From positions 176,273,959-176,331,166 of the forward strand of contig NC_068981.1 in the NCBI RefSeq assembly GCF_001194135.2: 57,208 nt of DNA, in the 5' to 3' direction. Both the position numbers and the translations under genes were made by a program. Below the pieces are notes generated by a model, which saw nothing but the letters and a program-made list of their open reading frames with translations, did no database searches and was not told the DNA's origin. This DNA is from Octopus bimaculoides. Lineage: Eukaryota. Of the stretch, positions 49,691 through 57,208 are shown piece after piece. The first letter of the stretch is position 1; every line of letters starts with the position of its first letter.

Positions 49691-50280
49691 TATTTGTTGA
49701 GTATATAAACAGTTTAGCTGCTTACTTCTCTGGGATTGGTCAAATGATGTAGACACCTCTAGCAAGAACCCAATCAATTTCAAAAATCAATTAAGGCTGT
49801 TCATCATTAACCAAATCTAGGAAGAAATAGTTAAATTTGCCTCGTTTAGATTTTATGCAAACAACTCATAGATGCAAGTGCTATGAGTTGAAAGCTCCAT
49901 ATACCAGATGCTAGTAAGTTTATGGGGCCATCAGGAGAGAATTGGTGCCAGGGCGGGGCCTAACTCTTGATGGCATCATTGTGCACCACCCACCCCTCTG
50001 AAATGAGGGCCAGCTTGCTATATCAACTCGTTATCAGGCTTTGCTTAATATTATAGGATTGGTGTAAGGCACAAGGCATGTACTTACCAAAGGAAGCCAA
50101 TGCAGGGACAATAAAACAGTTTAGGCTGATATCCTTCTTGGATAGGTTACATATATTATATCATACCTTCAAACTGTATGGACCCAAATTTCTGATATTA
50201 AGTAAAGGGTTAAACACTTACAATATGCAAATTAGTAGCTCTAGCTCTCTGTAGCAACTAGATTTAGGGAGTATATAGAC

Positions 50281-50577
50281 CAGGGGTTTTCAAGCTTTTT
50301 GACTTGCGGACCCCTTTATATTTCAAGCTTTACCTTAGGGACCCCCTTATAAACGCTTATGAAATTTATACATAAATATTTGCTTAAAATAACATATATT
50401 TTTACATTCATTTATTTAACAGTATTTAACAAAATAGGTTTATTGTCAATTAAAAGATTTCGATTAAAAAACATATATAAAATCAAATTGCCCATAAAAA
50501 GTATTTGCTGTCCACAGACCCCCTGTCTTGTCCTTGCGGAACCCTGTGATCCACGGACCACAGTTTGAAAACCCCTG
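50281..50577. mobile_element. hAT (Charlie-like) MITE with perfect TSD
   Basis: atatagac|CAGGGGTTTTCAAGCT ... AGTTTGAAAACCCCTG|atatagac: 16-bp TIR with 1 mismatch, perfect 8-bp TSD. Confidence 0.95.
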
Positions 50578-50983
50578 ATATAGACAGATTGGTTAATTGC
50601 TTATCTAGGATTACTGAAATTGATAGAGAGATCTCTGAGGAGAACACACTAAAAGGCTTTGAAAATTAATTAAGGCTTTTTCCACCATTTTCTTTGATCT
50701 ATGGAGAAACAGCTAAATTAGCCCCGTTTATACACATCTTCTATGTAGGTTACAGGGATATGGTTGCTGGCATGGTTAAGCAATTGGCTTTGCAGCCACA
50801 GATCTCAGGTTTGATTTCATATTGAGGGAAAATGTCTTTTGTCATAGTGTCAAACAGACAATGGTTTTGTGAGGGATATTGAGTGAACAAATGACCTAGG
50901 TGTCCGTCAGATGAACTGTTCTAATAATCGAAAGGTTTGGCCTTGTCACAATGTATCGCATTCTTTGCATATATATTTATATA

Positions 50984-51324
50984 CAGGGTGCATAAGGTAT
51001 TTGAGGACATACCTTATTTTGGTCATTGCTGTATTTTTTGCTAACTCTGTATAATCTTTGTTTCAGAAAAGAACAATGGCAGGCCCTCAGCTTACTCAAG
51101 AAATGAAGAGGCATGCTTTTATTGTGGTTATAAAGGCTGAGCATAACGATTTAGAAATATCTTGATTTAAAAAAATTGTCAGTTCTTTCATCTACAAAGT
51201 TCATGAGAAGTTAGAGACTGAAGATGGAAAATTATCACCAGTATCAAAGCATAAAAAGCATTCTAAATGCTCTGAAATCATCAGAATACCTGAATTTATC
51301 CAGCAAGTTCAACAGACCATTGAT
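50984..51324 (+). mobile_element. Tc1/mariner-like transposon 5' fragment (left TIR plus transposase N-terminus)
   Basis: TA|CAGGGTG start; ATG at 51076: MAGPQLTQEMKRHAFIVVIKAEHNDLEIS*FKKIVSSFIYKVHEKLE..SEIIRIPEFIQQVQQTID, an HTH-like N-terminus with one in-frame stop, truncated by a SINE. Confidence 0.6.
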
Positions 51325-51655
51325 AACTTAGCAGTTTGGCAAAAGAGACCGATAGAATAAGTACTAGGCTCACAAAGAATAAGTCCTGGGGTCAATTTGT
51401 TCAAATAAAGGTGGTACTCCAGCATGGCCACAGTCAAATAACTGAAAGAAGTAAAACAAAAAAGAATACATACATATATATATATATATGGCATGTAAAA
51501 GCACCCACTACACTCTCTGAGTGGTTGGCATTAGGAAGGACATCCAGCTGTAGAAACTCTCCCAAATCAGATTGGAGCCTGGTGTAGCCTTTGGGTTCCA
51601 CCAGTCCTCAGTCAAATCGTCCAACCCATGCTAGCATGGAAAGCGGACGTTAAAC

Positions 51656-51690
<35 letters not shown>
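51325..51690 (+). mobile_element. Family A 3' half followed by a family B copy
   Basis: aacttagcagtttggcaaaagagacc..; then ggcatgtaaaagcacccactacactc..ggacgttaaacgatgatg. Confidence 0.88.
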
Positions 51691-51691
<1 letters not shown>

Positions 51692-52623
51692 ATATATGCT
51701 CACACTTAATGCATACGTTTATTCATATTATGTTTATGCCAATTACAGTTATTGAAGAGTGCAGTGGTGCAGTTAGTTTCGAAGGAAAAAAAGTGATGAA
51801 TTTTAAGTTATTAAATAATAGTATAGTTTAATGCAAATTTATGTTTTTCTAGTATTAATGCATTCCCTTTCTCTCTTTCTCTTCTCTCTCTCTTTCTCTC
51901 TCACTCCCTCACTCTCTCCCTACATATATATATATATATATATTTTTATGTATGTATATATGTATATAATCATGTTATCAATGCATCGTTTTTAAAGCTG
52001 GACTAAACATATTCTTATGTTCAAAATATATTTTATTTTCCAATCATACATAGAACACTTTACGTAAACATGAATATTTTTTTAAATTTCGAAGAAGACT
52101 GCTATCAATGGCAATTTTTTTTACATCATCTTCGTTTTCTAGCCGTATTTAAAACACATGCATACACACACACACACACACACACATGTATATCATATGT
52201 GCATACAGTTACATACACACTCACACAACCACTCACACAGACCGAAATATATNNNNNNNNNNNNNNNNNNNNNNNNNNNNNNNNNNNNNNNNNNNNNNNN
52301 NNNNNNNNNNNNNNNNNNNNNNNNNNNNNNNNNNNNNNNNNNNNNNNNNNNNNNNNNNNNNNNNNNNNNNNNNNNNNNNNNNNNNNNNNNNNNNNNNNNN
52401 NNNNNNNNNNNNNNNNNNNNNNNNNNNNNNNNNNNNNNNNNNNNNNNNNNNNNNNNNNNNNNNNNNNNNNNNNNNNNNNNNNNNNNNNNNNNNNNNNNNN
52501 NNNNNNNNNNNNNNNNNNNNNNNNNNNNNNNNNNNNNNNNNNNNNNNNNNNNNNNNNNNNNNNNNNNNNNNNNNNNNNNNNNNNNNNNNNNNNNNNNNNN
52601 NNNNNNNNNNNNNNNNNNNNNNN

Positions 52624-52668
<45 letters not shown>

Positions 52669-53469
52669 AAGATACACATTAATTTCATCAATGTTTGCAT
52701 GTAGTGTATGTATACATAATATATATATTTATATATGTATATATATATAATACATGTGTGTGTATGTGTATGTATGTACAGGTGCAAAATAAACAGAAGA
52801 GTTAGCTTGTTTTTATTATCACATCTTAAATTACATAATCTTTATAATGTTTATAATCATTACATGTGTTTCACTAGTAAATACTAGTATTTTGAGTGGT
52901 AATTGCTACATCCATTATTACATAGTCACATTGAAACATCAGGTCTTCAGAAGAAGATTGTAATTTAATTCATTATTATTTACCAGCAGCATTCAGTTAA
53001 TGATACTAAGTTAGACAGTTCTAACTTAACTTTCTGTTATTCTGTTTGATGCCATCCATATTATGGACATATGTACAGTGAAAATGTGAAAACACAATTT
53101 TTGTTATTTCTCCTTCATGGAAGGCCACTTTAGCAAACGCCAGAATTCATCTCTTCTCATGGTGCTTAAACATATTAATTCTTGCAAATTTAATTTTATT
53201 AGCTCATAGATGCTGGATAGATTTGTGACTACGAATTCTGTATAGCAGCCATGTGGATCTACCTTCAATTTCCACTGATGGGTATATTGGCCAAATAGGA
53301 GGGAGGAGAGAAAGTAACAGACAAATAGACAGAAAGAGAGAGAGAGAGAGAAAATGAAAGAGAAAGGAAGAGAAAGAGAGAAAAGGAGAGTGGGGAAGAG
53401 GTGTATGTGTGTGTGTGTAAATTACTTGTGCATTAAAAGTATTTGTTTCACTGCTGTAAAGTACTACAG

Positions 53470-53716
53470 AACACATACACATGCACACACACACACACAC
53501 AAACGTACATATATTCGTACATACATACATACCGACATACATACATACATACAGACATACATACATACATACAAACATACACGCATACATACATACAGAC
53601 ATACATACATATATACATACGTAGATATATATAGACATACATACATACAGACATACATACATACACACACATACATACATACATACACACACACATACAT
53701 ACATACATACATACAT
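53470..53716. repeat. (TACA/GACA)n microsatellite
   Basis: Direct. Confidence 0.95.
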
Positions 53717-53721
53717 AAAAA

Positions 53722-54047
53722 AAGGAGCACTCCGTTGCTTACGATGTCAAGGGTTCCAGTTGATCCGATCAATGGAACAGCCTGCTCGTGAAATTAACCT
53801 GCTTGGGGCTGAGCACACCACAGACACGTGTACCCCTTAATGTAGTTCTCAGGGAGATTCAGCATGACACAGAGTGTGACAAGGCCGGCCCTTTGAAATA
53901 CAGGTACTACTCATTTTTGCCAGCTGAGTGGACTGGAGCAATGGGAAATAAAGTGTCTTGCTCAAGGACACAACGCGTCACCGGGAATTGAACTCACGAC
54001 TTTACAATCGTGAGCCGAATGCCCTAACCACTAAACCATGCGCCTTC
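53722..54047 (-). mobile_element. SINE family E, full length
   Basis: Homologous to 12535-12866; reverse-complement head gtgaaggcgcatggtttagtggttagggcattcggctcacg..gagttcaattccc. Confidence 0.9.
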
Positions 54048-54231
54048 ACAATACATACATACATACAAGCAATACATACATACAATTCATACATACATAC
54101 AAGCAAAAGTACCCTATTGTTGATGTTGAAATTCCAATGAAGGAACCTTGGATCTAGGTTAGAAATTGGTTCTTTCTCTATTGGCAAGAAATCTTGAAAT
54201 AAACTGAATAATGACATATATACATATGCAT

Positions 54232-54282
<51 letters not shown>

Positions 54283-54344
54283 CATAAATACATACATATG
54301 CATATGTACATACATATATACAGACACAAGCGTGACAGCGTGAA

Positions 54345-54692
54345 AATAGCTTGCTTACCAACCACATGGTTCTGGGTTCAGTCCCACTGCGTGGCACCTT
54401 GGGCAAGTATCTTCTGCTATAGCCCCAGGCCAAGCAAAGCCTTGTGAGTGGATTTGGGAGAAGGAAACTGAAAGAAGCCCATCGTGCGTGTGTGTGTGTA
54501 AATGTTTGCATGTCTGTATTTGCCCCCACCATCATCGCTTGACAACCAATGCTGGTGTATTTACGTCCTCGTAACTTAGCAGTTTGGCAAAGATATCGAT
54601 AGAATAAGTACTAGGCTTACAGACAATAAGTCCTCAGGTTGATTTATTCAGCTAAAAAGGCAGTGCTCCTGAACCAAATAAAAGAATAAAAG
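54345..54692 (+). mobile_element. SINE family A
   Basis: agcttgcttaccaaccacatgg..ggttcagtcccactgcgtggcacc.. to the 3' part. Confidence 0.88.
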
Positions 54693-55983
54693 AATACATA
54701 CATACACATATATGAATGCATGCATACATAAAAATTAATTTAAGACATGTTTCATTCAATTTCTGACTCCTAAATCCACTTACAAGGGTTTGATTGTCCC
54801 AGAGCTATAGCAGAAACACTGGCGCATGGTGCCATGCAGCAGGACTGAACCCAGAACTATGTTGTAGGGAAGCAAATTTCTTACCACACAACCATACTTG
54901 AATTTATGTACAAGTGCACATAGGCAATCAAGTAACCAGGTGTCTTCTGTTTCCCCAACTTTCAGTATGGTTGGCCAGTGGCCTTTCTGCTAGAAGCTCT
55001 TTTGAAATGGCCTTGCCAGGAATTTCTTTGATCATAGGCCTGCTAAACCAGGATTGATCTTTGTTAAAGAACAACAATAACAGCATAACTACTAACATAA
55101 ATGCCATTAAATGGTAAGCAATACAAAGATAATAGTGTTTTACCTTCAAATCATGTAAGAAGACAGAGGAGACTCAGATTGTGAAATGGTGAATGCTAAA
55201 GATTCTAATCAGCATAGATGTGAGTAAGAAATAAATGCCACTTTCCAGTGGCATGGTTAAATACATTGCTTTCAACTGAAATGACACCACAGCAGAGCAA
55301 ATATTCTGTCTGTCTGTTTACATAACCAACAGTTAAGATATCCGGGTAGAAATCAAAGGCTATCCAGTTTTGAAAACTGTCAGACAGAAAAGTATTTTCT
55401 CAATATAATGTTATTATTTTGTGTGAATGTATGGACATCTGTATAAATAAATGTATGCATTATACATGCATGAATATGTGCTTATGTATGTATGGTTGGT
55501 TGGATGTGTGTGTGAATGTGTGTGTGTGTGTGTGTGCTCTTCTGTTTTAATTATTTAAATTCCTCCTCTGAGGAAAGAGCTGATTTCTAAAAAAAAAAAA
55601 AGATACAAAGCTCCATCATTGGAATGAAGATAACAAAAACAATGTTACATTTTAAATTTGAGAAAGGTCTTGCATATTTTTACTGTTCCATTTACAGATT
55701 GTATTTATAATACATGAGTTGGTTGGTTTCTGTTTTTGAGAATGCCAGCTTTTCCAGATTATCACTTATGCATTTACTCACAAAACCAAGTGCACCAATT
55801 ATTATTGATATAAATGTGAATTTATTATCTGGATATAGAAGCTGGAGGTATCGAAGAAGTTATCCATAGTTATTCTCTTTGATCTTTAAAGAGATATTTA
55901 CATCAGCAGGACAGTTAACATCTATGACACTACATATATATATATATATACTTTATTTAAAAGCAGCAGAAATATAACAAAAG

Positions 55984-56023
55984 ACTGTTACTCTGAGTTT
56001 CACGTTCCCGTTCATCGGACAGT
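55984..56023 (-). ncRNA. Minimal type-I hammerhead ribozyme, well preserved
   Basis: ACTGT-CCGATGA-ACG ggaa CGT-GAAA-CTCAGAG-TA^-ACAGT: 5-bp stem I, GNRA-capped stem II, near-palindromic stem III, GUA cleavage triplet; core U4 is C. Confidence 0.8.
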
Positions 56024-56770
56024 TTTGTTAGAAATGGGGAAGGAATAACAATGCAATCGAAAGTATATATATATATATACTCCGGTATATATAAATATAN
56101 NNNNNNNNNNNNNNNNNNNNNNNNNNNNNNNNNNNNNNNNNNNNNNNNNNNNNNNNNNNNNNNNNNNNNNNNNNNNNNNNNNNNNNNNNNNNNNNNNNNN
56201 NNNNNNNNNNNNNNNNNNNNNNNNNNNNNNNNNNNNNNNNNNNNNNNNNNNNNNNNNNNNNNNNNNNNNNNNNNNNNNNNNNNATTGGATATTAATTTAA
56301 TTAACACCAATTTAAAACCAATGGCCTAGCATGAAGAAAATTCTGAAAATTCAGAAAAATTATATTACATACATGTGAGAAGGGATGACCACTAAGTGTA
56401 CATTTAAACTCATAAGAGAGATGTCCATAATAGGAGATCTAACCTGCTAGAAGGAGCAGTCAAACTCCAAAACACAATTAGGAATAATTTCGAAAGGGAA
56501 TGAAAAATAAAAACATTTACCATCTATTTCCTAAACCGTGGTTTCAAGCTATTTTCAGCAGAATAAAATAATTTGCTAGGCCAGCTATCATCAGCAGGAA
56601 AGCCAAGATTACTATTTTGGTTTAGTCTTTTTACTTAATGCTATTTTGCTATTTTGATTTAGTCTTTTACTTAATGTCCAAAAGAGACACACAAACAAAA
56701 TGGCATGATTACAACCATATTTAACTTTTCCCTTTTTCTTCTCTATGCTCTTCTTCTGTATTTATTCTTC

Positions 56771-56889
56771 ACTCTGATGAAGCTCCTTTTTCAGATCGGT
56801 TTTATTACCAAATATGATTAATATTTTTACATATTTTTGCATATCAATCGCAATACCATACAACACTGGAAGCAGAAACAGCTGTAAGA
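56771..56889 (+). ncRNA. Possible hammerhead with a greatly expanded loop 2
   Basis: CT-CTGATGA-A-GCTCC ...~80 nt... GGAAGCA-GAAA-CAGCTG-TA^-AG: palindromic ACAGCTGT stem III; stems I and II are weak. Confidence 0.4.
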
Positions 56890-57164
56890 TGGAATGCAGT
56901 CTATTTGCATTGAATTAATAAATAATAATCGATGTAAGTCAATTGTTGTTCATCAGTATCTCTCCATTTTCTGCTTTCTTTATATATATATATATATGTA
57001 TGTATATAGATGAGAATTAGATATTCTCCATGTAGAATACATCTAGAATACTCCTGCGTAAGTTGAAGATTTTTGTATCTATGCATATATTCATTTTTGT
57101 ATTTAATGTATTAAATATTTTTTCTATATCGACCTGCTTAAATTGCTTATCCTTATGTTTATTC

Positions 57165-57208
<44 letters not shown>

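Noticed and set aside
56940-56975. Minus-strand CTGATGA half-core
   Set aside because: No stem II partner or GAAA follows; probably chance.
19-57086. Most ORFs of 100-380 aa in the supplied track
   Set aside because: They are translations of microsatellites (YI/HT/CV/poly-D/N/H) or run through N gaps; no domain-like composition.

Overview
Eukaryotic, very repeat-rich, gap-riddled draft genomic DNA (many N runs). I found no intact host protein-coding gene: nearly all long ORFs in the supplied track are translations of microsatellites or N gaps. The SINE families and microsatellite load look like octopus (coleoid cephalopod) DNA, which is my recognition, not a database result. Contents: (i) dozens of copies of about five tRNA-headed or RTE-tailed SINE families, labelled A-E here for convenience; (ii) decayed LINE fragments (RTE clade; R4/Dong-type restriction-like-endonuclease elements; a CR1/L2-like 3' end); (iii) a Penelope-like (PLE) GIY-YIG endonuclease 3' fragment; (iv) Tc1/mariner transposase fragments plus TA- and 8-bp-TSD MITEs. 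The most unusual signal is a set of at least seven minimal type-I hammerhead ribozyme (HHR) motifs of the PLE type. Two of them lie inside a ~550-bp palindrome made of two head-to-head tRNA-headed units (40765-41345). A strong polypyrimidine-TAG|GTAAGT motif on the minus strand (20532-20590) hints that the window lies in a long minus-strand intron, possibly at a recursive splice site. Repeat boundaries are read by eye and may be off by roughly 10-20 bp.
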